This document shows, in pieces, positions 35,550 through 48,294 of a stretch of DNA of 64,000 bases (positions within the stretch are counted from its first letter, which is position 1; every line of letters begins with the position of its first letter). Source of the stretch: Pristiophorus japonicus (Eukaryota); NCBI RefSeq assembly GCF_044704955.1, contig NC_091995.1, positions 17,918,001-17,982,000 on the forward strand. Reading direction: 5' to 3'. Both the position numbers and the translations under genes were made by a program. The notes beneath the pieces are model-generated. The model was given only the letters and a program-made list of their open reading frames with translations, did not search any database and was not told where the DNA came from.

Positions 35550-37270
35550 CACTTATTAGCTTAAACTCAGTGGTGGGAAAATTATTGGAAAAAGTCCTGA
35601 AAGACAGGATAAATCGACATTTCGAAAGGCAAGGATTAATTAGGGACAGTCGGCACGGATTTTTTTTTAAGGGAAGATCGTGTTTGACAAACCTGATTGA
35701 ATTTTTTGAGGAGGTAACCAAGAGGGTTGATGAGGGTAGTGCGTACGATGTAGTATATATGGACTTTAACAAGGCTTTTCATCAGGTCCCAAATGATAGA
35801 CTGGTCACGAAGGTTAAAGCCCATGGGATACAAGGCAAAGTGGCAAGTTCAATCCCAAATTGGCTGAGAGGTAGGAAGAAAAAGGTGATGATTGATGAAT
35901 ATTTCTGTGATTGGAAGGATGTTTGCATTGGGGTTCCGCAGGGCTCAGTACAGGGTCCCTTGTGTTTTGTAGTATATATTCACAATTTAGGTTTGAATAT
36001 AGGGAGTATGATTAAGAAGTTTGCAGACGACATTAAAATTGACTGTGTGGTTGATAATGAAGAGAAAAGTCATGGGCTGCAGGAGGATATCAATCTACTG
36101 GTCAGGTAGGCACAGCAGTGGCAAATGGAATTTAATTCAGAGAAATTTGAGGTGATGCACTTTGGGAAGGCTAATAAGGAAAGTGTATACACATTAAGCG
36201 GTAGGCCACTTAATAGTGTAGATGAACAAAGGGACCTTGGAGTGGTTGTCTACAGATCCCTGAAAGTAGCAGGCTAGGTGGATAAGTTGGATAAGAAAGC
36301 ATACGGAATGCTTGCCTGTATTGGCTGTGGCATAGAATATAAGAGCAGGGATATTATGCTTCAATTGTATAATACTTTGGTTAGGCCACAGCTGGAGTAC
36401 TGCGTGCAGTTCTGTTCGTTGTATTATAGGAAGGACGTGATTGCACTAGAGAGAGTGCAGAGGAGATTTACTAGGATGCTGCCTGAAATGGAGAATCTTG
36501 GTTATGAGGACAGATTGGATAGGCTGGGTTTGTTCTCATTGGAACAGAGAAGGTTGAGAGGAGACCTCATTGAGATGTAGCAAATACTGAGGGACCTGGA
36601 CATAGTGGATAGTAAGGGACTATTTGAATTGGGGGAGGGGTATATTAAGAGGGGGCATAGTTTTAAGGTGGTTGGTGGAAGATTTAATGGAGATTTGAGG
36701 GGAGGCTCCTTTATGCAGAAGATTGTGGGGATCTGGAACTTGCTGCCTGGAAGAGTGATGGATGCAGAAACCCTCACCACTTTTAAGAGATGGTTGGATG
36801 GGCACTTGAAGTGCAGTAACCTGCAGGGTTACGGACCTAGGGCTCGTAATTGTGATTAGACTGGATGACCTTTTGTTGGACGGCGCAGATATAATGCTAA
36901 GTACTGCAGGGTATAGAATATAGCCAGGGTGATCTCCTGTACTAGTTTCGATCGCCTGGATGGGACGGAAAGGAATTTTCCCAGATTTTCTCTCCCTAAA
37001 TTGGCCTGGGTTTTTATATGGTTTTTGCCTCTCCCAGGAGATCACATGGCTCCGGTTTGGGTGGAGTGTAGAATGTTTCAGTATAAGGGGTGTCACAGTT
37101 GTGAGGCGGACTGGTTGGGCTAGGTGCTCTTTGCCTTTCCGTCATTTTTCATTGGTTTATATGTAACCTTTAGGGTGCTGACCAAGGGCCGTGCGGCTCT
37201 TTGTCGGCCAGCGCGGACACGAAGGGCCAAAATGGCCTCCATCTGCGCTGTACATTTCTATGTGTCTATG
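35550..37270 (+). mobile_element. 5'-truncated CR1 with long 3'UTR
   Basis: GRSCLTNLIEFFEEV, YMDFNKAF, GVPQGS, KFADD, RPQLEYCVQF. Confidence 0.93.
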
Positions 37271-38062
37271 TTTGGTGGTGAAAACAGAGATAGACTATTA
37301 TCTGAATGGTGACAGATTAGGAAAAGGGGAGGTGCAACGAGACCTGGGAGTCAAGGTAGATCAGTCATTGAAGGTTGGCATGCAGATACAGCAGGTGGTT
37401 AAGAAAGCAAATGACATGTTGGCCTTCATAGCGAGGGAATTTGAGTATAGGGGCATGGAGGTGTTACTACAGTTGTACAGGGCCTTGGTGAGGTCACACC
37501 TGGAGTATTGTGTACCGTTTTGGTCTCCTAACTTGAGGAAGGACATTTTTGCTATTGAGGGAGTGCAGCGAAAATTCACCAGACTGATTCTCAGGATGGC
37601 GGGACTGACATATCAAGAAAGATTGGATCAACTGGGCTTGTATTCACTGGAGTTAAGAAGAATGAGAGGGAATCTCATAGAAACGTTTAAAATTCTGACG
37701 GGTTTAGACAGGTTAGATGTAGGATGAATGGTCCCAATGTTGGGGAAGTCCAGAGCCAGTGGTCACAGTCTAAGGATAAGGGATAAGCCATTTAGGACCG
37801 AGATGCGGAGAAACTTCTTCGCCCAGAGAGTGGTAAACCTGTGGAATTCTCTACCACAGAAAGTTGTTGAGGCCAATTCACTAAATATATTCAAAAAGGA
37901 GTTAGATGTAGTCCTGACTACTAGGGGGATCAAGGGGTATGGCGAGAAAGCAGGAATGGGGTACTGAAGTTGCATGTTCAGCCATGAACTCATTGAATGG
38001 TGGTGCAGGCTCGAAGGGCCGAATGGCCTACTCCTGCACCTATTTTCTATGTTTCTATGTTT
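37271..38062 (+). mobile_element. CR1 3' end, same young subfamily as 2551-6170
   Basis: Highly similar to 5370-6170, with a (TCTATGTT) tail. Confidence 0.93.
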
Positions 38063-38069
38063 ATATTCC

Positions 38070-39153
38070 CAGTTCTAGGTTACAGACCATGAAGTGCCCA
38101 TTCTTACACCTTTTAAATGTAGTGAGAGTATGCTGCATCCACCACTCCGGGCATTGAGTTCCAGATCCCCATAACCCTCTGCGTGAAGAAGCTACCCCTC
38201 AAATCCCCTTTGAACCTTCCACCAACCACCGTAAAACTATCCTCCCTCGTAATTGACCACTCCACCATGGGAAATAAGCCCTTGCTATCCACTTCATCCA
38301 GGCCCCTCAAAATGGTACACACCTCAATGAGGTCTCCTCTCAGCCTCTTCTGTTCCAATGAGAACAAACTCAGCCTGTACAATCTGTCCTCATAGCTAAG
38401 ACTCTCCATTCAATGAAGCGTCCTAGTAAACCTCCTCTGCACCTTCTCTCGTGCAATCACGTCATTTCTATAAAACAGCGGTGAGAGCTGCATGGTGTAT
38501 TCCACCGGTAGCCTAACCAAAATGTTATACAATTTAAACATAACATCCCCGCTCTTGTATTCTCTTCCTCGGCCAATTAAGACAAATATTCTGTATGTCT
38601 TCTTTACCACTTTATCCAACTGGACTGCTACTTTCAGGGATCTGTGGACAAGTACTCCAAAGTCCCATTGTTGATCTACACTTCTAAGTGGCCTACAATT
38701 TAATGTGCATACTCTTTCCTTATTAGCCCTCCCTAAATGCATTACCTCACACTTCTCTGAATTAAATTCCATTTGCCACTGTTCTGCCCACCTGACTAGT
38801 AGATTGATATCCTCCTGCAATCCATGACTTTCCACTTCATTATCAACCACACAGCCAATTTTAGTGTCCTCTGCAAACTTCTTAATCATACTCCCTACAT
38901 TCAAATCAAGATCATCGATGTATACCACAAAAGACAAGGGACCAGTACTGAGCCCTGCAGATCCCCACAGGAAATCTCTTTCCAGTCAAAAAACATCAAT
39001 CAACAATCACCCTTTCCTTCCTACCTCTATACCAGTTTTAGATTCAGCTTGCCAAATTGCCCTGAATCCCATGGGCTTTAACCTTCGTGACCAGTCTACC
39101 ATGTGAGACATTATCAAATGCTTTGCTAAAGTCCATATACATTACTTTGTATA
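38070..39153 (-). mobile_element. CR1 RT, 3' part; interrupted by the Gypsy element and continued at 43644-43800
   Basis: Removing the Gypsy element and one TATA restores FDEGSVYKVMYMDFSKAFD. Confidence 0.92.
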
Positions 39154-39366
39154 TGTCATGTATGGAACACTGTGTAATCAGCATTCTACCGCCACCACAG
39201 GGTGTATCTGTTGAAGTCCCAAGGGATCCCAGCATCCCTTGGAAGCACTGTATGTAAGCAGGCCTCCCATGCTGCACCAGCACTCTGGAGTTAGAATAAA
39301 TAGACTAAGGTCACACTTACTCGCGTCTACAGTATTCAATCACATTGTTTTCTTCAAGACATAACA
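39154..39366 (+). repeat. Gypsy 5' LTR
   Basis: TG..CA, 213 bp, AATAAA. Confidence 0.93.
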
Positions 39367-42300
39367 ACTGGTGATGGGATAACGAACCATGCAGAGAATG
39401 CAGAGAACTGTTAGGATCCTGGAGAAATTCTCTGAAGGGGACGATTGGGAGGCCTTCATGGAGCGACTCGGCCAACACTTCATGGCCAACGAGCAGGAAG
39501 GGCGTGTGAGCACTGCCAAACGAAGGGCGATCTTCCTCGCCGTCTGTGGAGCAACAACCTATGGTCTCATGAAGAATCTTCTTGCTCCTGTGAAACCAAA
39601 AACCAAATCATATGTGTGCACTGGTCCGGGAGCATCTAATCCAAAGGAGAGCGTTCTGATGGCAAGGTATCGATTTTACACATGTCAACGGTCTGAAGGC
39701 CAGAAAATGGTGAGCTATGTCGCCGAATTAAGGCGCCTTGCAGGACATTGTGAATTCGATAGATTCCTGAAGCAAATGCTAAGAGACTTTTTTTGTGCTT
39801 GGCATTGGCCATGAGGTTATTCTTTGCAAACTATTGACTGTTGAAGCACCGAACCTGAGCAAAGCCATAACGATAGCCCAGGCATTTAGTCCATCAGCGA
39901 TAACACCAAACAAATTTTGCAGCATAAAGATGTTTTGGCAAGTACTGTTCAAAAAGTAACGTCGTTTTCAGGCAGGAATGCATATGGCAGAATGTACACG
40001 CCTGCAGCTGCACGATGTCAGATGACTCAGAGTCTGCCATCAAACGTTATTGCGAGGCAATTGACACATTGTTGGTGCTGCGGAGGTGATCATCGAACCC
40101 ATCAATGCCGCTTCAAACACTATGCATGCAAAGGCTGTGGAACAATGGGACACCTCCTGCGAATGTGCAGACGAGCTGCAAACCCTGCAAACCACCACGT
40201 TGCAGAGGAAGTCCGATCCATGGCTGATCAAACTGAACTAGAGACTCAAACTGAGGAGGCAGAAGTGTATGGGGTACACACATTCACTATGAAATTTTCA
40301 ATGATCATGTTAAAAATTGAACTGAATGTAATTCCAGTATCCATAGAATTAGACACAGGTGCGACTTAGTCTATCATGAGCAAAAAGGCTTTCGACAGGC
40401 TGTGGAGCAACAAGGCACACAGGCCCAAGCTGAGCCCTATTCATACCAAGCTGAGAACTAACACTAAACAGCTGATCCCTGTAATTCGCAGCGCAGCAGT
40501 AAAAGTCTCCTATGAAGGAGCAGTGCATGAACTACCACTATGGATTGTACCATGAGATGGCCCCACACTGTTCGGCAGAAGCTGGCTGGGAAAAATCCCC
40601 TGGAACTGGGGCGATATCTAAGCTCTTTTGTATGTCAACGACGCCTCATGTGCCCAGGTTCTGAGCAAGTTTCCATCGTTTGAGCCAGACGTCAGAAGTT
40701 TCTAGGGGGCGAAGGTGCAGATCCACTTGATTCCCGGTACACGACCCATCCACCACAAGTCACGGGCAGTGCCATACATGATGCAAGAGAAAGTGGAGAT
40801 TGAGCTAGACAGGCTGCAACGAGAGGGCATCATTGCACCGGTAGAGTTCAATGAGTGGGCCAGTCTGATTGTTCTGGTTCTCCAGGGCAATCGCATGGTC
40901 AGAATTTGTTGGCACTATAAAGTAACGTTTAACCATTTTTTGCTGCAGGACCAGTATCCGCGACCGAGTGCAGACAACCTCTTTGCGACGCTGGCAGGAG
41001 GAAAGCCATTCACTAAGTTGGACCTGACCTCGGCCTACATGATGCAGGAGCTGGCAAAATCTTCGAAAGGCCTCACCTGCATCAATGTGCACAAAGGTCT
41101 GCTCATCTGCAACAGATGCCCGTTTGGGATTCAATCAGCCGTGGCTATTTTTCAAAGGAACATGGAGAGTCTGCTTAAGTCAGTTCTTTGCACCTTCGTT
41201 TTCCAGGACGACATATTGATCATAGGTTGGGAAACAATATAACACTTGCAAAACCTGGAAGAGGTTCTAATCGGCTAGATCGTGTGGGACTCAGGTTGAA
41301 ATGCTCGAAGTATGTTTTCCTGGTACCAGAGGTCGAGGTCTTAGGGGGAAGAGTCGTGGCAGACGATATCAGACCCACCGACGCCAAGATAGAGGCCATC
41401 AAAAACGTGCCGAGACCACAGAATGTGACAGAGCTGTGGTCGTTCCTGGGACGCCTCAATTATTTTGTTAATTTCCGACCCGGGATAAGCACCTTGCTAG
41501 AACCTCTACATGAGTTGCCACGCAAGGGAGCTGATGGGTATGGGGGAAATCACAAGAAGCAGCTTTTAATAAAGCTCAAAATCTGTTATGTTCCAACAAA
41601 CTGTTTGTCCTGTATCATCCTTGTAAACGTTTAGTGCTAGCTTGCAATGCATCTTCACTCGGGGTCGGGTGTGTGTTACAACAAGCTAACGAATCGGGAA
41701 CATTGCAACTGGTCGCTTATGCATCCAGGAGTTTGTCCAAGGCCGAAAGGGCTTATAGCATGATTGAAAAAGAAGCTCTGGCATACATTAACGCATCAGT
41801 ATCTGTTTGGGCTTAAGTTCGAGTAAGAAACTGACCATAAGCCGCTCAAATCGCTATTCTCAGAGAGCAAAGGTATCAATACCAATGCCTCTGCTCGCAT
41901 CCAAAGATGGGCGCTCATGCTGTCTGCATATAACTGTGTAATTCACCACAGGCCGGGCACAGAGTACTGTGCTGACGCCCCCAGTCGGCTACCATTGCCC
42001 ACCACAGGGGTGGAAATGACACAGTCTGCAGACTTGCTCTTGGTGATGGATGCATTTGAAAATGAAAAGTCACCCATTACGACCCGCCAGTTCAGGACCT
42101 GAACCAGCCAGGATCCTTTACTGTACCTTGTAAAAAAAACTGTGTTCTCCATGGGAGCAGCAGAGATGCATGAAGAGATCAAGCCATTCCAGCGGCGTAA
42201 AGACAAAATGTCCATACAGGCAGACTGTCTTTTGTGGGGTAATTGCGAGGTTTTGCCCTAGAAAGGCAGGGAAACGTTCATATGCAACCTACACAGTACC

Positions 42301-43432
42301 CAGCCAGGCTTAGTAATGATGAAAACTATAGCCAGATCCCATGTTTGGTGGCCCGGCATCGACTCAGATTTGGAGTCTTGCGTGCGTCAATGCAACTCTT
42401 GCTCTCAACTGAGAAATGCACCCAGCGAGGCACTGCTAAGTTTGTGGTCATGGCGCTCCAAACCGTGGTCTAGGATCCACGTTGACTTCGCTGGCCTGTT
42501 TCTAGGAAAAATATGCCAGGTTGTTGTGGATGCTTATTCAAAATGGATTGAGTGTGTAATAATGTTTGTAAGCACGTCCACTGCCACCAGCGAAAACCTA
42601 TGAGCCATGTTTGTCACGCACAGCCTGCCCGATGTCCTTGTCAGCAACAAGGGGCCATGCTTCACCAGTGCTGAATTCAAGGAATTCATGACCCGCAATG
42701 GGATCAAGCACATCACATCTGCGCCATTCAAGCCCGCATCAAACGGCCAGGCAGAACGGGCAGTCCAAACCATCAAGCAAAGCTTGAAACGCGTGTCTGA
42801 AGGCTTCCTGCAGACCCGCCTGTCCTGCGTCCTGCTCAGCTACTTCACTAGACCTCACTCACTCACCGGGGTTCCCCCAGCTGAGCTGCTCATGAAACGG
42901 GTGCTCAAAACAAGGCTCTCTCTCGTCCAACCGGATCTCCATGATCATGTCGAGGGCAGGCAGCATCAACAAAGCATGTACCATGATCGCACAAATTTGT
43001 CACGTGATATTGAAGTCAATGACCCTGTATTTTTACTCAACTATGTACATGGTCCCAAATGGCTTGCTGCCAATAGCATAGCCAAAGAAGGGAGTAGGGT
43101 GTTTCAGATCAAACTTGCAAATGGACTAACCTGCAGAAAGCATTTGGAACAAAACAAACTGCGACTCACAGACAGCCACGAGCAACCTGAAGAGGACACC
43201 ACCAACTTTGACCCTCCGACACATACACAAGTAGCAACCAACATCACGGTTGACAACAAAGCTGAACTCATCATCACCAGTAGTCCTGCAAGGCGAGCTG
43301 CGCAGCAGCCCAGCGAAGAACCAACCAACTCACCTGCACCTGCATTTGTACCAAGACGGTCGACTAGGTAGCGGAAAGCCCCAGATCGTCTCATCCTGTA
43401 AATAAGTGTAATATTGAGTTTGGAGAGAGTGA

Positions 43433-43643
43433 TGTCATGTATGCAACACTATGTAATCAGCATTCTACCGCCACCAGAGGATGTATCTGTTGGAGTCCCA
43501 AGGGATCCCAGCATCCCTTGGGAGCATGTACATAAGCAGGCCTCCCATTCTGTACCAGCACTCTGGAGTTAAAATAAAGAGACTTAGGTCACACATATCA
43601 CGTCTACAGTAATCAATCATATTGCTTTATTCAAGACATAAAA
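43433..43643 (+). repeat. Gypsy 3' LTR
   Basis: About 90% identical to the 5' LTR by hand count (about 20 substitutions, 2 indels). Confidence 0.93.
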
Positions 43644-43800
43644 TATACACTCCCTTCATCGAACCTCCAGGTGATCTCCTCGAAAAATTCAATCAGTTTA
43701 CTCAAATAATGAGCTTCCCTTAACAAATCGTGCTGACTGTTCCAAATTAATCCTTGCTTTTCAAATGTAGAATTATCCGATCCTTCAAGATTTTTTCCAA

Positions 43801-45632
43801 AATTAAGGATAGTGTTAAATCCAAGGAAGAGGCATATAAATTGGCCAGTAAAAGCAGCAATCCTGAGGACTGGGAGAAATTTAGAATTCAGCAGAGGAGG
43901 ACAAAGGTTTAATTAAGAGGGGGAAAATAGATTTCGAGAGGAAGATTGCTGGGAACATAAAAACTGACTACAAAAGTTTTTATAGATATATGACGAGAAA
44001 ATGATTAGTGAAGACAAACGTAGGTCCCTTGTAGTCGGATTCAGGTAAATTTATAATGGGAAACAAAGAAATGGCAGACCAATTGAACAAATGCTTTGAT
44101 TCTGTCTTCACGAAGGAAGACACAAATAACCTTCCAGAAGTACTAGGGGAATGAGGGTCTAGTGAAAAGGAGGAACTGAAGGATATCCTTATTAGGTGGG
44201 AAATTGTGTTAGAGAAATTGATGGGATTGAAGGCCGACAAATCCCCGGGGCCTGATAGTCTGCATTCCAGAATACTTAAGGAAGTTGCCATAGAAATAGT
44301 GGATGCATTGTTGATCATTTTCCAACAGTCTATCGAATCTGGATCAGTTCCTATGGACAGGTGGGTAGATAATGTAACAGCACTTTTTAAAAAAGGAGGG
44401 AGAGAGAAAACGTGTAATTATAGACCAGTTAGCCTGCCATCAGTAGTGGGGAAAATGCTAGAATCAATTATTAAGGATGAAATAGCAGTGCATTTGGAAA
44501 GCAGTGACAGGATCGGTCCAAGTCAGCACGGATTTATGAAGGGGATATCATGTTTGACAGACCTTCTGGAATTTTTTGAGGATGTAACTAGCAGAGTGGA
44601 CAAGGGAGAACGAGTGGATGTGGTTTATTTGGACTTTCAAAAGGCTTTTGACAAGGTCCCAAACAAGAGATTGGCGTGCAAAATCAAAGCACATGGTATT
44701 GGGGGAAATGTACTGACGTGGATAAAGAAATGGTTGGCAGAAAGGAAGCAAAGAGTAGGAATAAACAGGTCCTTTTCAGAATGGCAGCCAGTGACTGGTG
44801 GGGTAGCGCAAGGTTCAGTGCTATTTACAATATTCATTAATGATTTAGATGAAGGAATTGAATGTAATATCTCCAAGTTTGCAGATGAACTGGTTGGCAG
44901 ACAGCAAGCAGAGAGTCGGGATAAACGGGTCCTTTTCAGAATAGCAGACAGTGACTAGTGGAGTCCTGCAGGGCTCAGTGCTGGGACCCCAGCTCTTTAC
45001 AATGTATATTAATGATTTAGATGAAGGAATTGAGTGTAATATCTCCAAGTTTGGAGATGACACTAAACTGGGTGGCGGTGTGAGCTGTGAGGAGGACGCT
45101 AAGAAGCTGCAGTTTGCCTTGGACAAGTTAGGTGAGTGGGCAAATGCGTGGCAGGTGCAGTATAATGTGGATAAATGTGAGGTTATCCACTTTGGGGGCA
45201 AAAACACGAAGACAGAATATTATCTGAGTGGCGTCAGATTAGGAAAAGGGGAGGTGCAAAGAGACTTGGGTGTCATAGTCATTTGTCATTGAAAGTTGGC
45301 ATGCAGGTGCAGCAGGTGGTGAAGAAGGCAAATGGCATGTTGGCCTTCATAGCTAGGGGATTTGAGTATAGGAGCAGGGAGGACTTACTGCAATTGTACA
45401 GGGCCTTGGTGAGGCCTCATCTGGAATATTGTGTTCAGTTTTCGTCTCCAGTCTGAGGAAGGACGTTCTTGCTATTGAGCGAGTGCAGCGAAGGTTCACC
45501 AGACTGATTCCCAGGATGGTGAGACTGACATATGAGGAGAGAGTGGATCAACTGGGCCTTTATACACTGGAGTTTAGAAGGATGAGATGAGATCTCATAG
45601 AAACATATAAGATTCTGACGGGACTGGACAAG
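43801..45632 (+). mobile_element. CR1 ORF2 fragment with an internal ~160-bp tandem duplication; cut by the ERV LTR
   Basis: [25 protein letters not shown] then jumps back to WLADSKQRV; ends ggactggacaag|TG. Confidence 0.92.
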
Positions 45633-46046
45633 TGTTTTGGATCGATAGACCCAGGTTCGGGATCTGGATTAATGTTAAATAAGAGACAAGACAAATGAAG
45701 TAAAGATAAAACACCATTTACTGTGAGAAAAGAAACATAATACAGTTTACGAAGAAGAGAGAAGTATGATAAGATGCAACAAAGCTCACAACCTTCGGCC
45801 CGTCGGGAACTCCACAACGACGGCTGGTCAGGAGCCTTGGGGGACCCGGCACCGATCGCAAATCATGGACCAATGTGAAGTTCAAAGAGCTACTGGACAG
45901 TTCCGTTCCTTTATACTAATGAACAAACATGGGTGCATGTGGCTTATGGCCAACTCCTAATCTGTAAGGCCCCAGCTGTTCCTCCACAAAGAATAAGACC
46001 TTGAGGCACCGATCGTCCCATAAACAAGATGGTGTGTGGATCAAGG

Positions 46047-46078
<32 letters not shown>

Positions 46079-46168
46079 AACAACATTCCACGAGGCATGA
46101 AACAGAAAACACACTGTAAATGTCGGAATATCATAATTAACCCTATGTGATTAACCCTATACAATACA
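45633..46168 (-). repeat. ERV 3' LTR
   Basis: Follows the PPT-like gggtggat; TG..CA ends; TATAAA at ~45911-45916; AGTAAA at ~45717-45722; (AG)n inside. Confidence 0.75.
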
Positions 46169-47164
46169 ATCCACCCGTGATATTTGGACATTCTCAGTAA
46201 TATAATCGAGTTGAAGGCGTAATGCATCAGTTACACGTTGAGTATGCGCAAGCAACGCCCGCAATCTGCACCAAAGAATACATACAATCAGTAATATCAG
46301 TAATAACACGACGAATAGAACGATAGGATGTATTAACAGCTTCAAAGTGGCGGATGTTTTTGGGGACCATCCATAAAAGATGTCCCACCAATGGTGTACT
46401 GTAAGGTCAGTGAACATTGTCACAACTCTGACCAAGGCTCCTTCACTGTAACTCACAGCAACTTGCAGAGTATGAAGAGTACGCCCTCTGTTTCTGTTAG
46501 GGACCAATAACATGCTAAAAATTGTTTCTCAAATGGAGTGTAACGAGTAGCAGCATCTGTCAATTTTCTAGACCAGATCCCAAATGGTATACGAGTGCCA
46601 TGTTGAATCTGCCACGAACTCCATACTGCAGTATCATTGGTAACGGATACCAATAGCTCAAAAGGCTGCCGAAGCACTCACGGGGCTAGGGGTAAAGCTT
46701 GAGCTTCGGTTCCTTTGGCTGCATCAAAAGCCACCTGCTGTTCCTTTCCCGACTCGAAGTGGGCCTTTTTTTCTTGTTATGGCATACAGTAGTTTTAATA
46801 ACATCGTGAGGTGAGGTATTGCCTCCCTTCCCAAGTGAATGCAAACTGGTACTGGGATTCTTCCGCGATTGGAATGGAGAAAAAGGCAATGGCCAGGTCG
46901 ATTACCGCATACCACTCCGCACCTTCTTCAGACAGCCGCTCTGTTATAGTTACTACATCTGTGACAGCGGTTGCCAGGGGAGGGGCAAATTTGTTCAGTT
47001 GTCGGGAGTCCACAGTCACCCTCCAACTTTTGTCGGCTTTCTGCACGGGCCAAACAGGGCTATTGTAGGGGCACACCGCATGTCTACTGATAACCGCCTC
47101 CAAGAGCCCTTGTATGGTTTCCCCTATTTCTTTGTGTCCCCCAGGTATTTGGTACTGTTTCATA

Positions 47165-47332
47165 GGAGTTAGATGTAGTCCTTACTACTAGGGGGATCAA
47201 GGGGTATGGCGAAAAAGCAGGAATGGGGTACTGAAGTTGCATGTTCAGCCATGAACTCACTGAATGGCGGTGCAGGCTCGAAAGACCGAATGGCCTACTC
47301 CTGCACCTATTTTCTATGTTTCTATGTTTCTA
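47165..47332 (+). mobile_element. Short CR1 3' end inserted in the ERV pol gene
   Basis: Same subfamily as 37900-38062, (TCTATGTT)n tail; interrupts ..SRIVM|MKQYQIPGG. Confidence 0.88.
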
Positions 47333-48294
47333 TCATCACTATACGCGACAGCCATGGTATTACCACTCGTTGCCACTTTGCTTCCACTGCAATCAGAGTG
47401 ATCGCCCGTATCCCGAATGAGAATCGCCCAAACGAGATTTGTGTGGGGTTCCCTTTAAAACGTCCATCTCAATAATATGTTCCTTTACTGCCGATATTAA
47501 GACCATTACCCAGCATGGAGGCTCATTTCCCAACGCCATTCTGTTAGTTGTTCAGCCAGCCGTCGTTTCTGCCCCTCAGAACCCATTAATCATCCTACGG
47601 GTCCCTGTCTGTTTCCTAGGATTTCCATGGACAATAGTAACTTCTGCCCCTGTGTTTACTAAAGCAACATCTCTTTGTATATCCCCCCCCACTCCCCCCA
47701 CCAATATATTGTCATCGGAATGTGTGGCCTCGGGTCTGCGAGAGCTTGGGTTGATGTGGTTCTAACGGGGAGTACTCCTGGATCCCGGCCACACCCCTAG
47801 TCGAGGGAATTACTAGCCTTCTACAGCTCTTCTACGTTGGAGTATAGGCTAGTGGGAAGTGGTTTATCCACATCCACAGACTTATCGCTATCCAACTTAA
47901 TCTCACTTACCTCCCTCCTTTCACCCTACCCTGTTCCCGAAACGCAGTGTTGCTTCCACATAGAATACATCGCTCCTGTTGGGATTCCATCAATTATTTC
48001 CATGGGGACCCCTGCCTTCAGTAAAGCTGCGAACATGTCCCTCCGCGTAATTCTTTTTTTGTCTTTCCTGACCCTGTACCTTTCCCAGAAGTCCATACTA
48101 TTAATTGTTTGCATACCTTGAATCTGACTGAATTATTGTCACTGGCACCCAAGTGCTCTCCCACTAAAAGCCCTTCTACCTGCCCAGCTTAATTCTCCAA
48201 AACTAAATCGGAAACTGCCCTTCTCGTGTTGGGCTTGCTCCATACTGACTAAAAAAGTTATCTTGAATGCATTTGAAGAATATCGCATTTTACG

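Larger units (their letters stand above)
39154..43643 (+). mobile_element. Full-length decayed Ty3/Gypsy LTR retrotransposon (gag-PR-RT-RH-IN)
   Basis: Two LTRs, 4-bp TSD TATA (39150-39153, 43644-43647), TGG primer-binding-site start after the 5' LTR, PPT before the 3' LTR; two CCHC knuckles, LDTGA, FQDDILI, RNase H IEKEALA, integrase WWPGID..CxxC..HVDFAG..NGQAER. Confidence 0.96.
45633..48190 (-). mobile_element. Internally deleted class III (ERV-L/ERV-S-like) endogenous retrovirus: gag end, protease, partial RT, RNase H-region, env C-terminus, 3' LTR
   Basis: GVPMEIIDGIPT (gag), ALVNTGAEVTIVHGNP (PR), KQYQIPGG..YNSPVWPVQKADKSWRVTVD..AVIDLAIAFFSIPI (RT), GIWSRKL..YTPFEKQFLACYWSLTETE, HHWWDIFYGWSP + TM (env). 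Confidence 0.88.

Noticed and set aside
43468-43485. CTCF-like motif (gccaccagagg) in the Gypsy LTR
   Set aside because: Only a partial match, and degenerate in the other LTR
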